The position numbers and the translations under genes were made by a program. From Lama glama (taxonomy: Eukaryota), in the NCBI GenBank assembly GCA_028534125.1, contig CM052817.1, positions 44,084,001 through 44,148,000 of the forward strand: 64,000 nucleotides of DNA. The letters run 5' to 3'. Position 1 is the stretch's first letter. Each line of letters starts with the position of its first letter. Positions 48,400 through 61,182 of the stretch are shown one piece after another. Under the pieces are notes generated by a model, which was given only the letters and a program-made list of their open reading frames with translations, was not told the DNA's origin and ran no database searches.

Positions 48400-50300
48400 T
48401 ATCCCGGGGGTGGCTGGGGGAAGGGGGAGGGGACAAAGAGATGGTACCAGTACCTCCAGCGAGGGGCACCCCAGCACACCCAGGCGCGGAGCGGGTGAGG
48501 GCACCAGTCACGTCCAGCCAAACCCCAATGCAATCCTCCCCCACCGCCAGGGAGGTGTGGCAGGGGGAGGGCCTGTTGTCACGTCCGCCGGCCAGCCCTG
48601 GGTCAGACCGGCCAGCTCCGGCCTCCCCGCCGTTTCACAAACAGGAAACTGTCCCCGGGTGGCGGTGTCCGGACGGTCTGCCCCAGCTGAAGTCGTTGGG
48701 GGGAAAGGCTTCTGCCCAGAGAAATGCACCAGGGACACCGATCGCAGTGGATCCGGTGGGCAGGGGCTTTGCACAATGGGGTGGGGGGGGAAGGGAGAGA
48801 AAGTCTCGCGACTGAACAAAGAACCGGAGGGAGGAGACTCCCGAGCCCCGCCCCTCCCGCGGAGCCCAGCTCCAGAAACCCTTCTCGCTGGAGTCCAGCC
48901 CGCAAGCCTTCCCCAGCCGCTTCGGCAGCGCCTACTCGGTACACAACCCGAGAGGGAGACCCGATCCCAGAGAGAACTAAGGTGGCGCGGCCCACCGGGT
49001 CGGAGTCTGGGAACAATTCCAGCCCTCCTCGTTCCCAGAGGTCGCCCGTCCATCCACTGATGCCCGGATTCCGCAACTATGCGGAGACCCAAGGCTGTCA
49101 ATCCAAGAAGAACCACCCCAGCGAGGCCCAGTGGTTAAATGAAGGGGAGGAGGGGGTACACCAAAGAACTGTCTTCAGCCTCCTCGACCCCTCCATCCAT
49201 CCCACCAGCATATCTCCGCCTCCAGGCGCCCACTACCCAGGGCTGAGGGCAGGACCGGCATCGCTTCCCAGGCTGAGGGATGGGCACTCTGACTCGACCC
49301 CTGTGGTCCAGATCGCGAACAAAGAAACTCCGCGATCCCGGGTGGGCCCACTCACCGTGCTGGAGATGCGCCTCCACCGGGCCGCGGCGCCGCGGTCGGA
49401 GCCGACTGGGCGCAGCGGGGGCGTCCGGACCTGTCTCCGAGGTCAAGGACCCGCCGCTTCAGCAGTGCCCCTGGACCAGCATCCGACCCTTCTTCCCTGC
49501 CACCGCCCCCTCGGCCTCACAGCCCCGGCTTCATCCCGCTCCCCGCGCGCCCACCCTCCGGCTGGGGCGCAGCGCTAGCCCCTCTAGCCCTGCCCCTCAA
49601 CGGGCTCAGCCGCCGCCACCGCGGAGGCCCAGGCAAACCCCTTGTTTTTGTTTTGAGTCTCCGACGCCCCCAAGGGGGCGGGCCACGTGACTCCCCGCGG
49701 AGGGATCCGCCGCTTCCGCAACAGTCTTTGAAAAAGAGTCCCGCCCCTAAGTCTCTGTCCCCAGCCAGCTTTGTGGCCTCCTCAGCTCGCCTTTGCTTTA
49801 GTGAGCCACCCCTCCCTCTCGGTTCCTGGGCGAAGGGTGGAATCTGGGCGTCGGCTTTATTCTGGGGTTGACCCAGAAGGGGAAGAAAAGGGGAGTGATA
49901 GGAGTGAGAGGCGGAAGGAGATAGTTTCTGGTCTCATTGCACCTTTTAAAGGTCCCTGATTTGTTTTGTTTTCGCTGTTTTGAAAAGTCCGCCCAAAGTA
50001 GCTGGCTCCCCGATTGGATGTTGGTGGGGCGAGCTGACTGCTGAAGCTGATTCACTCTCGAATCCGGATTGGCTAATTGATTAGCCTTTGAGCCCTGTGA
50101 TTGGTTGTCACTGTATCCGGAGCCTCTGTCTTCCATGGGGCCTTAGCAACTCTGGGGTCCGGATTGCGCATGCCTGGGTGGCCTGCTCCTGAGGAACGCA
50201 TTCAGTTGTGCCTAGGGTCAGTCCCTTCCCTCTGCCACCTCCGCCCCTCCCGGAGGAATACCACGCTCGGCTCTCACCTCCAAAGAACCAGAACAGCTAG
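48400..50300 (-). promoter_or_regulatory. CCNG2: CCNG2 CpG-island promoter
   Basis: High CpG/GC content; forkhead-like AAAACAAAAACAA at ~49642-49654, E-box CACGTG at 49684, GC boxes, CCAAT boxes at 50017, 50072 and 50104 (minus strand). Confidence 0.9.
49356..49620 (-). other. CCNG2: CCNG2 non-coding exon 1 (TSS approximate)
   Basis: Strong donor ACG/GTGAGT at 49356/49355 in the CpG island; the exon 2 acceptor directly precedes the ATG. Confidence 0.75.
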
Positions 50301-52471
50301 ATAACGTTTGTGACAAGTCTTTCCACCACGGGAGGGTTTTCAATGTTCCTTTTGTATTTTTTTGTGCAGGTCCATTTTGCGATAATCAATCAAGTTACTG
50401 TAAAATTTTGGGGGTGCTTACTGACATATTTACGAGTAAAATGCTGTCATCTTTAATATTTGCTTTAAAGTTTTCCGACCAAGAGGGGAAAATGGGAAGG
50501 ACAGCTGAAACAGGATTGGCAAAAAGTCGAATTGTTGAAACTGGGTGATGGATACAGAGGGTTCGTTATACTATTCTTTCTATTTTTGTGTACCTTGAAA
50601 TTTTTCTGTAATAAAAATAAATATTCAATGATGGGGCTTAAAAAAAACTTACCTGTGCACATTGACGATGGTACATAAACATCTAATAATAGCATACCTC
50701 CTGAGGTTGTAATTGTGCTGTTGTTTTAATGAAGGTTCTGAGAGTGTTCTTGATCCTTGGTCACCCACAAATTATCATTTATTGTCTATTATGTATTAGC
50801 GTTGTCATTAAGAGGTGACACCTCTCCTGGGGCTGGGCAAAAAATTCAAAGCAAAGGGTGCATTAAGCCGGAGAAAGTTTCACGAGGAGTATTTTGGGGG
50901 GTGTAAGAGGCTCCCCTCCAGTATTTTTAGTTACTGTCTTTCCTTTCCTTTCAGTTCCTCGCTGACCGTCTGCTAAACACACAAATCGGTAAATAGCACA
51001 TTCTTGAGTTCTCTTAATAATCAATTAGCCCCTGGGAAATCATTTCTCTTTTCTGCCCTTCTGTATGTTTTCTATGAATTGTTCTGTTACTTGTATATGG
51101 GAAGGTACATAACATAGCTTTCCAAACAGCTTTCTCTGTTTTCCAGAGCACCTAAGGAATTTTAGAAATAGATCCCTTAGCACGTTAGCTGGGACTGGAC
51201 ATAAGCGTCTGGAGCACAGAGCAGCTGTGGGGAGGGGAGCTCAAAGAGCTAATCCTCCTATTTCAGAGAGGTGTGGCCCCGTTTGGGATTTTGGAAAATT
51301 AATAAAACTACATTAACAGACTACTTTTAAGTGATTTACAGTTTCCATAATTTTATTCAGTGTTTGTTTGATCTTTGAGACATTGTTAAAAGTATTACTT
51401 TTATTTGACATAAACGTCATGCTGGAAATCTATGCTGAAAAACATAAAAGAAGGCATTAACTAACATGGAAAATCTAGCTGAGATTAGAATCTCCTACAT
51501 ACATGACAGCTTATTGTACAGTGTATAAAGAGGCTCAGTGGACAAAGTCCAGAGAGAGAGACAGAAAACAGCTAGATGGAAAACATGTACCATGAGAGAA
51601 AGGAGAGCTGTGACCAAAATGTCAAAGAGGTTGGGGCCTTTTTTTCAAGGAGGAGAGCAGAGATAGAAAAGGAACATAAGATACAGAATAACTGATGTGA
51701 AACAGGAAATGTGGAATTATGTGGTAGAAGATTTTGTAAATAATAGAGAAGACAGAAGACAAACAGGAAGAGATGGAGAAATTGGTCTTTGCCTAGATTA
51801 CTAACTGTTATAAATTTCTACAAAGTGTAAATTCTACACTGCATAATTGTCATTGTATGTCTCTTCTAAGAGGCAGCCTCTTGAATGATGAGCAGTTCTC
51901 ATGAGACAGCTTTGTAAATGGTGTTGGATTTCCTGCTCTTTACAGGCCCTGTTCAGTATAGAAAAAACTGATCAAGTTGTCCAAAATGAAGCCCTCTGTC
52001 CATTTTAGTCCACTTATCTTTCTAAGATAAAGGAAAGCAATCATTAAAAAGTAATTGCTCCAGTAATTACATCATACTTTAAAAAAAAAAACCCTCCTCT
52101 TAACAATGATTATCTTCTGGGGCAGAAAATGATGCAAGTTTTTTCTTTGTACTCTCCTGATTTTTTTGGTTGCTTGTTAATTTTTTTAAAATTTTTTTGT
52201 TTTTTCTTAAAGACAGCCTTTCTCCTGTTTTTTGTCCTTATCACTGTGGCTGACTTTGCTGCAGCTGTAGGTGTTAGGTATTAAAAAGACATCCTCTCTG
52301 GGCTAATCAGCCCTCACCTGTTAGCTGCCTTTCAGTCTTCCTTAAGCTTCCTTCAGGGCGAATTTCCTGCATCATGTGCACAGACAGAACAGGGAATCAG
52401 AAATCTGGCAGTCCCTAAGAAGGGTTGTGAGGGGATCTATCTCATTATAAGATGTTTGGTCTTCCACGAAT

Positions 52472-52790
52472 GAACTTATCTACAGAAACTTAAAACAGAA
52501 ACAGACTCATAAACATAGTAAACAAACTTATGGTTATGGGGAGGAAAGAGGGTGAGAAGGGATAAATTGGGAGTTTGAGATTTGCAAATATTAACTGCTA
52601 TGTAAAAGATAAATAAACAACCAGTTTCTTCTGTATAGCACAGGGAACTATATTCAATATCTTGTAGTAATCTAAAATGAAAAAAGAATATGAAAACAAA
52701 TGCATGATGTATATGTATGACTGAAACATTATGCTGTACACCAGAAATTGACAGCATAACTGACTATACTTCAATAGAAAATGAAAAAAT
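52472..52790 (+). mobile_element. L1 3' end
   Basis: Same young L1 3'UTR as the other copies. Confidence 0.88.
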
Positions 52791-55039
52791 AAAGTCCCTT
52801 CCACAGTGGGAAAAAAAAGATATCTGATCTTCTATAGTACAGTGATAGGGTGCAGTGGGGTTGGGTTGCCACCCATCACCCCATGAAGGCCTGACAGGAA
52901 ACCAGCTGTCCTCAGCGACATTTGAGACTGAAAATAGAAGGTGGGCACAGAGCAGGAGATAAGCAGTGGCCCATGCACACAGAAACGTGCCTCCATTCAG
53001 CAGGTCCTTGACTCGTGAGGCGTGTCCTACCCACACTGAAGTGTCTACCTTGGAAAAAAAACAGAATATTCCCAAATGGCTGCTGTGGCACTTTCCCCAA
53101 GGGCTTTAAACTCCATTTCCCTGAACTCTGCAAGGCATCAAAATTCCAGATAGCATCTTCCTCCTCACAAATGATAGTTTTAGACAATAAATCCCAGTTT
53201 TGTATTCAACAGACATTTAATGAATACACACTAGATGCCAGACATGGTACTAGGCAGGGATACAAAAACAGATAAATAAAACACAGTCCCAGAATATGCC
53301 CTGGTACCTCTGAGGGGTAGGGCAGAAGCTCTAGCAAGGGCTCAAAACGCCTGACTTTGAATCCCAGCTTTCCTACTCACCAGAGATAGTACCTTGATTA
53401 CCTTGAATAATTAGATTTGTCCAGAGCCTCAGCTTTCTAATCTGAAAAAGCAAACATGTGAGCACACAAATGGGGCAGGGTTGGGGGGTGGGGGGTGGGC
53501 GGTGAAGACCCCAGGGAGTAGTTGTTCTATTTCCTGTGTAAACACAAACATTTATAAAAGCACTTTTGCTATATACACCTAGGCTGTTAGGACTTTCACA
53601 GTGCTGTGCCTTCAAGAAGGGAAGAGAAAGGATCATCCCTAAACTCATCAAAGGAGCCTGGTGGAAAGCAGTCCTGAAAGGAGAGAACCCCAGAATCAGG
53701 ATGGAGAAAGCTGACCAGAGGTCACACTCCCTCTTCCGCTCTGCTCACTATCTCTAGCTCCCTGCCCAGGCTGTTTTCTGTTATTAAGGGTGGTTTGCAG
53801 CCCCAGACTTCCAGTGTTTGGATTAACCCTGTGAAGGAGGCAGGAATGCTTGTCACAGGGAGAGGAACAGGAAAGTCATAACCTAACCAGGAGTGCCTTC
53901 TTGAGGCAATTCAGATTTTTCAACCAAGAACTCATATTTGAATCTGAACTTAAAAGAATGAGACAATTTATAGGCAGACCATTAATCTCTTTTTTCAAGC
54001 CACCAGAGAATAAATCAGTGAACACCTCACATATTCTGCTTTCTGACTATCTCATGGACAAGACTTCAAATCTGAAAGTAGCAAATCCAACATTTGAATC
54101 TGTTTACTGCGTAGATATTTTGTTGCTGTTGTTGGTAGTGATAGAAGCATGCTGCATCTTTCTGAGGGAATGTTTATTTATCTATACAAGGGTTAGGGAT
54201 AGTCACTCCCACGTGTTTGATGTGCTCAGCTTTGGAACTGGGAGAATTACCTACGCTGTAGAGGCCCTCTGAATGACCCCAGCAGAGCTTTCCCCAGCCG
54301 GCCCAATTAGCCCTTCACAGTCCCACTAGCCTGCGGGTGAGTGAGCCTCCCGCAGACTCTCTGAAACCGGAGAACTCAATGTTCATTTGCCTCTGGGGCG
54401 GACACTGTAGTATCCAGAGCTCTTTCTGTTGTGCTAAAAATCAGCTGGAATAAATGGAGTAGCCCTGACATGGTGTCGAAAGACTGACAAAGGTAGGTGC
54501 AACTGAGAATATGGCGATTCCTGAAATCAGAGCTGATTATCTCGAAATGGTGGGGCGGTCTCAAAGCAAGCATATTTTAATTGGCCCAGGCTGCACTCTG
54601 GAACATTGTATATCATTTACATAACACATTCCTCTTTCTACAACATGTCCCAAGAAACATAACCTAAATCAGATACTTCCTGCCTTGCCTTGACATCATA
54701 GTGCTATGGGAAGTTGACATTGTTGGCAGAGTCATTTTGGAGACATCTGTTGAATGTGTCATTTTATTCCTAAAGGAAGTTTTTATTTTCTGTGAAAGTA
54801 ATTATCCCTTATGTTGATCTCAAATGAATAGGCAATTGACATTTAATGTGATATGAACAAATATATAACCTTAAATTTTGCTTTTGTGAACATTTCTAAG
54901 TGTCTTCAAAATGAGAGCTTTTTTCTTTAAACTTCTAGAAGGAAAGATTGCTTTATTTCAAGATTCTCAGATCTGTTTAATTACATGTATTATTATATTT
55001 TTCAACCATGCTCTGAACAAGAAATTATAGCTACATGCA

Positions 55040-57730
55040 GGAACAGAACTAAGTTTTTTTGTTGTTTTTGTTTTTAATTGGTGGAGAATGGGGAGGGGGT
55101 TGAATTTTTATCATCTGGAGGGGTTCTCTCTAGGAAAAGGAGTAGAATTAGAAATACAAATTAAATATTAAAGTTAATATTTATTTTCAATGAGATAAAT
55201 CTAGAAAAATTGTAAATTTTTAGAAGTTGACATCTACTCGCTGTTCCAGTTATCTATTGTATAATGAATTACCCAAAACTTAGTGGCTTAACCAACAACA
55301 ATACATTTATTATCATCTCTCACAGTTCTGAGGTTGGTTGAGCGCACCTTGCAGTCCTTGCTCAGGGTTTTCCTTGAAGTTGCATTCAGATGGTGGCTGG
55401 GGCTGGAGTCACCTTGTGGCTAACTTCTCACGTATCTGCAGGGGATGTTGACTGTGGGCTGGGATCTCAGCTGAGGCTGGTGGCTGGAACACCCACATAT
55501 GTGGCCTCTCCACGTGATCTGTCCACTTCCTCATGGCATGGGGACAAGGCTCAGGAAAAACCAGGTGGACACTGTATTTCCTTTTATGAACCAGCCTTGG
55601 CAGTCACATAGCTTCCATACGAGTTCCATATTGCTACTATGACAAGCTACTGTAGACTTAGTGGCTTAAAACAACACATTTACTGCCATAGCTCTGGAGG
55701 TCAGAAATTTGAAATGGGTCTGACTGAGCTAAAACGAAAGTGTTGGCAGGGCTGCATTCTTTCTGGAGGCTTTATGGAAAATATATTCCCTTGCCTTTTC
55801 CAGCTTCTAGAGACCACTGCATGCCTTGGCTCAAAGCCAACATTGTAGCATCTTCAAATCTTTCTCAATTCTGACTCTTCTGCCTTCCTTTTACACTTGT
55901 AAAGGTCCTTGTAATTACACTGGATTCACCTGGAAAACCTAGGATAATGTCTCCAACTCAAGGTCAGTTGATTAGCAACCCTTCTTCCATCTGCACCCTT
56001 AATTCCCCACATTTGTCATGTAACATGACATGTTCTCAGGTTCTGGGGATTAGAACATGGACATCTTTGGTGGGGGCCATTATTCTGCCTTAACCAGCAT
56101 TTCTTCAGCCACAGTCACAAGTCTGCTCTTGTTCAAAGTTCAAGAGGAGGGAACAGACTCCACCTCTTGATGAGAGGTGTGTTATTACATTGTAAGAAGA
56201 GCATATGGGATGGGAGATATTGTGGGGACCATCTCTAGAAAGCAAAATCTTTCTCATTCACAAACATCAAAAATTGAAGAAATGCTGTAATAATTTTTAT
56301 TAATAAATTACCTGACACACAACTAAAAAGCTTTTTGTCAACATTTTTGGCTGCCAATCTCTGATCACATCTTTATAAGATAGCAATATTGTAATACCAT
56401 TTTCTATGGCAAAAAAATTTTTTTAGTCCTTAGCGTGGTGGACCAATTTTTTAAATTGAAATTTTAAAATATTTTTCAGTTTTATAACTCATTATTAATA
56501 TCTTATATTTTAGAATTGACGTCTGATTTGAGAAAAACTTTGTCACAGGTTTTTCATGTATGAGCTGGAAAAGGTCAGGGCATCAATGAAGACTGGCCAT
56601 ACTCATTAATTATCTTGTTGTCTGTTTCCTTACTGCAGAAAGCATATTTTGAGTTTTATGTTATCTTTGTCAGCATCAGTATGTTGTAGCAAATCAGCAA
56701 GAAGTTTCAGTATTTTTCAAAATGACATTATGATTCCTTCCTCTTCATTAATGGGAGTATCAAACAATTCAAGAGCTTATCTATTACTTCTACTAGAAAA
56801 TTCTCTCTTCCCTTTAGGGAAGTGCTGCTTTTGGAACAATCTGGGGAAAAAAATCTGGTCAGATTATTGTCTTAGTGTTCAAGTACATTCCATTGATTTT
56901 TATCATGCATTTTTATCACTTTTATTTCCTACCTCATTAATTTTTATCGGAATTTTATCTTAGTTCTTTAATAAGAACACTTACAGATAATCAAAGAAGT
57001 CATCTTTCTTTTATGTCCAAATTAGAGGTTTGTAATTTCTCAATTGTTTTATTGACTCATTCCAAAATGTGTTTCCAAATTTCAGTTAAAATGATGTCTC
57101 CAACTCAACTTCCCCTTAGCTAGATCCCCAAAATACTGGTGGACGCTAAGCACCTCCAAACACAAAGGAAAATCATATGGTGGAATTTGCCATGGAGAGA
57201 GACAGCAGTCTTAACTGACCACAATTTAAATGTTTTACTTTTGGAAAACTCCAGAGAAAAAAGAGGCTCTTTTCTGCCGTCCTTTAGACATTGCAGGGAG
57301 ATGTCTAAAGCCTTCTGAACATCATGTGTGTGTGTCATATCAGTAGTTTGCAAATGTTTAGAAGCCAGAGGGGAATTGCTGCTGTGTTCCTATTGGTTCT
57401 AATAGGTGCTCTGCTGCAGATGTTTGAGCCATTTTCCATCTTAGGGCATGGAAGCATTGTGGGTTTGTTTGGTGTTTTTTGTTTTGTTTTGTTTTTTATC
57501 TTTATAACCCAAGATTGTAATCAGCAAATACTTTGCCTAACCATGGCTGGTTCTGCTCTTATATTCTCACCTGCACACCATCATGCTCAATGGAAGTCAA
57601 GGCCCTCTGATCACTCACTGCTAAAAATAGCAGATTTGAGCTTTACAGCCTGTGCTGGACAGAAGGAGGGTGGAGATGGGGAGGGGTGGCACAGACACAA
57701 TGTGTGGACCCAGAAGTCACCCATTTATTA
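55040..57730. mobile_element. Ancient hAT-like DNA transposon (MER53/MER96B-related) interrupted by nested MLT1 LTRs (~55243-56238)
   Basis: gaaatacaaattaaatattaaagttaatatttattttcaatgaga resumes after the MLT1 block as acaaacatcaaaaatt...cctgacacac; MLT1 termini are recognisable. Confidence 0.5.
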
Positions 57731-60700
57731 TTTATTTATTATGTTCACAGTGTTGTGCAGTGTTTGTAAGTTTTTAATGATGGACATAATAATATTATCT
57801 CTAGAGCTTGTATTTAAACCTTTTAGAAACTTATTGGCTCCTTCCGCGTGAAGATTAGCTTCCTAAAATATTCAGGTTTCCGTGGTCATGTGTTTTATAA
57901 ATGCAGCCTATACTGAGTTTTAGAATTTTTGCTGCTGCTCTTGTTTGGTTTAACAAACACGATCCGGGCAGCTACTCTATGGAGGCAGAGTGGTGGAAAT
58001 TGGAGTTACAAAGTGACTGTGTTTAGACCCTGCCCGCAGGGAGCTGAGAGCCTAGTGTGGGAGAACCTGGTTGGCAAATAACAATATTACTTTGTGATCT
58101 GTGCAACCATAGGGGTGTGTACGAAGTATAGCAGCAAGATAGGGAGAGAATAGTTAACTCAGGAAGGGGGGAGAATTAGGTAAGTCCTAATCTTAGGAGG
58201 TTCTTGGCTGCTTCTCAAAAAAATTGCCTCTCCTATGTGACTATGTCTTCCCCCTTCAACTCAGGATGTGATATTCACTTTTAAAATTAAGCAGTACTGT
58301 CTTGAGTAGCTCAGATGCTGCTAATCCGTTCTCAGAGCTTCCACCTTCAGAATGTTCTTTTAAGGCTGGTGTTTCTCAGATATTTGTGAAATTCATTACC
58401 CTAACTAAAACTACGTCAAGTTACATTTTGTGACTTATTTCGGCTAAGTCAGCATGTTGCCATTTCCCTATAAGTGGACTATTTAATGTATTTTGTTTAT
58501 GAGAATAATTAAAACATACTACAGAAAATGGGGGAAAAAAGGAAAAAAATTACCTGTAGCCAAGGTAATACCACTAATATTATTGTGGTGATGGAAAATC
58601 TTCTGGTCTCTTTTCTGATACCTATCTGTGTACATATAAGAGAGCATATGTGGTATATGCACGATTTAAGGACCATTGATGGAACAAGTGATGGTATATC
58701 CACCATCCAAGCTAATAAATAGAAGGTAATCTGTACCTTGAAACCTCTGGATTCCTTACTCAGATTACATCCCTGACTCTCTCTCCCTAAAAGTAGCCCT
58801 AGTAACATTTTCAGTTAATCATTCCCTTCCTTCTAAAAATAGATTCATTTATATGTATCACCCAATAATATATTGGTTAGTGTGTCAACTTGGTATAAGT
58901 GGAATCACATTGAATATATTTTCCTGTGAGTTTTTTTTTCCTTCAACATTAACGTTTTTGTTGTTTGTTTGCTTGGGAGAGGACCTGAGTGGGAGCCCAC
59001 CTGGGACTGCCAGGCACTTACCTTTTGCCACCCTCCTCCACTCAACATTATGTTTTTGACCTTCATCCATGTTTGCCTATAGTCATAGAAATGTTTATTG
59101 TTATATAATGTTCCATTGTACGAGGATACCACACTCTATCCATTCTTACTGTGTATGGACTATGGAAATCTTTCCAGTTTATCACTATTACAAAAACTGC
59201 CATAATTCATGTTTCCCTTGCATCTCCTTGAGCACACATCCAAGAGTTTTTCCATAAAAGATACCTAGAAATGAAATTTCTGAGTCCCAGGGCAGGTGCA
59301 TCTTCAGCTGGACTGAGCTGAGAAGCATCAATTGTTTCTAGTGGTTCTCTGTGAGTTTCTGCTGTGGCACATTCTCACCAACATGTGTTACCTGTTTTCA
59401 TAATACTTAAGAACAAGGGCCAGAGTGACTTATACCTCTGTATATAAAAAGCTAAGTACAGAGTAGATGCTCATTAAAAATTCTCTGGTTGCTTAATTTT
59501 GTAAAATATATTCTATAAAGTTAAAGACAACTGTATTTAAACATACAATTATGATTTTCATATATAGAAGAAAGCTTGCTTTTATTGTTAAATTAATGTA
59601 CACATACATAAACATATATTCAGACACATGCACACACAGAAACACAAAAATATGTAATGCTTGTTTATTAACACAAAACATGGTAGCAAGATAAATAGTA
59701 ACTCTTCAGCTAAAAAGAGATATTCTGAAAATTTTCTACCTTACATACGCACATGTATGTGCATTGTGTGTGGGCACGTGTGTGCGTGTGTCTGTGAGTG
59801 TGTGTACTGCCTTAGACATGTGCATCTGTGAATAAAATGGGTTTTAAAACACTGTCACTTGAACATAGTAATCCACTTCATAAGCCATCATTTGGAACCA
59901 GTGATTAGAAGTTCTCAATTATCAATTTGTGTAGAACTCCTATTAAAAATACATGGTTTGAAGTGAGCTTAACTCTGCACCTATCCAAGCAGAAACAGGC
60001 TTTGGTGAATTACTTTAAGTTCTCAATTTACTTCTTCCCTGGCTATAACAGATTTTCCTCCTTCTACTATTCCCAGACATTTAAACCAGTTTTGCCTTAA
60101 AGTAGAAACCTTTTATTCATTTGCCAAGGGAATCAATCACAAAAAAAACTTCAGATTTTAAAGCTAAATATGGTGTTTGTACCACTTCAACATATTTCAA
60201 AATCAGCAAAATATAAACATTTAAGTTATAGTTCTAAAGAAGGAATGAAAGAAGTCATTTCTTACTAGTCAAATATATGATTTTTATCTAAACTGTAAAT
60301 GATTGCTAAATAATGCATTAAAATAAGACAAATACATTTATTATCTAAAAATTTTGAGAATTATTAGAAAAACAATTCTTTTCAGATAATTCAACTACAG
60401 AGAAGTTGTGTTCCACCAGTCAGGACGCATAATGAAATGTGTAGTGGAGAATGTAAGTTTTCTAGTATTGAACCGAGGTACTCTGCTGGATTAAATATAA
60501 TATTACATCTGCTTATAACACTTCATTCATTAATTTCATTAAGCAAAGATGAAGTGGCTGGGCCCTGTAGGCCCTGAATAATCTGGATAATTATGAAATC
60601 TACATTGCATTTTGTACTGTACAGAACTTAACTTCACAATAAATGCACATATGCCTGATCTCAGCTGTCTAAGAGTTGAAAGATCCTGAAACCTGAAAGC

Positions 60701-61080
60701 AGCAGACTCAGCTTTGAACAGTGACCCCGACACTGACTAGCTTAGTGACTTCTCAAAGCCTCCAGTCCCGTATTTCTAAAAATAGGATAATAACACCTGG
60801 CTATTTCATAGGACCGTCTGGGAAGATGAAGTGAATGCATATTTATAAATTTCCATTAGTAAGTCATAAAATGCTTGACAAACATAAATTATTATTTTGG
60901 GGGAAGGGTTCAAATTCCAGCTCAATTGTTTAATATCTGAATGATTTACATTGCAAGCTACTTATTAACTTTTTAGTCTATTTTCTTACATGAGAATAGC
61001 AGTTTGATGAGGGTTAAATGATACATATAGAGAGTTTAAGTATAGTGCATTTGGTAAGGGCTCAGTAAGGTTAACTATTA

Positions 61081-61182
61081 TTTCTTTTTTATTTATTTTT
61101 TCAATGGAGATAATGGGGATTGAACCCAGGACCTTGTGGGTGCTAAGTACACACCCTACCACTCAGCTACACCCCCACTCCC
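61081..61182 (-). mobile_element. vic-1-like SINE
   Basis: Reverse tRNA head with poly(T). Confidence 0.85.

Noticed and set aside
48410..49690. Long ORFs (284, 216 and 202 aa) in the CpG island
   Set aside because: Stop-poor GC-rich DNA gives low-complexity P/R/G/S products on both strands with no recognisable domain.
53850..57851. 140-aa and 175-aa ORFs
   Set aside because: No recognisable homology or splice context; the second lies in decayed transposon sequence.
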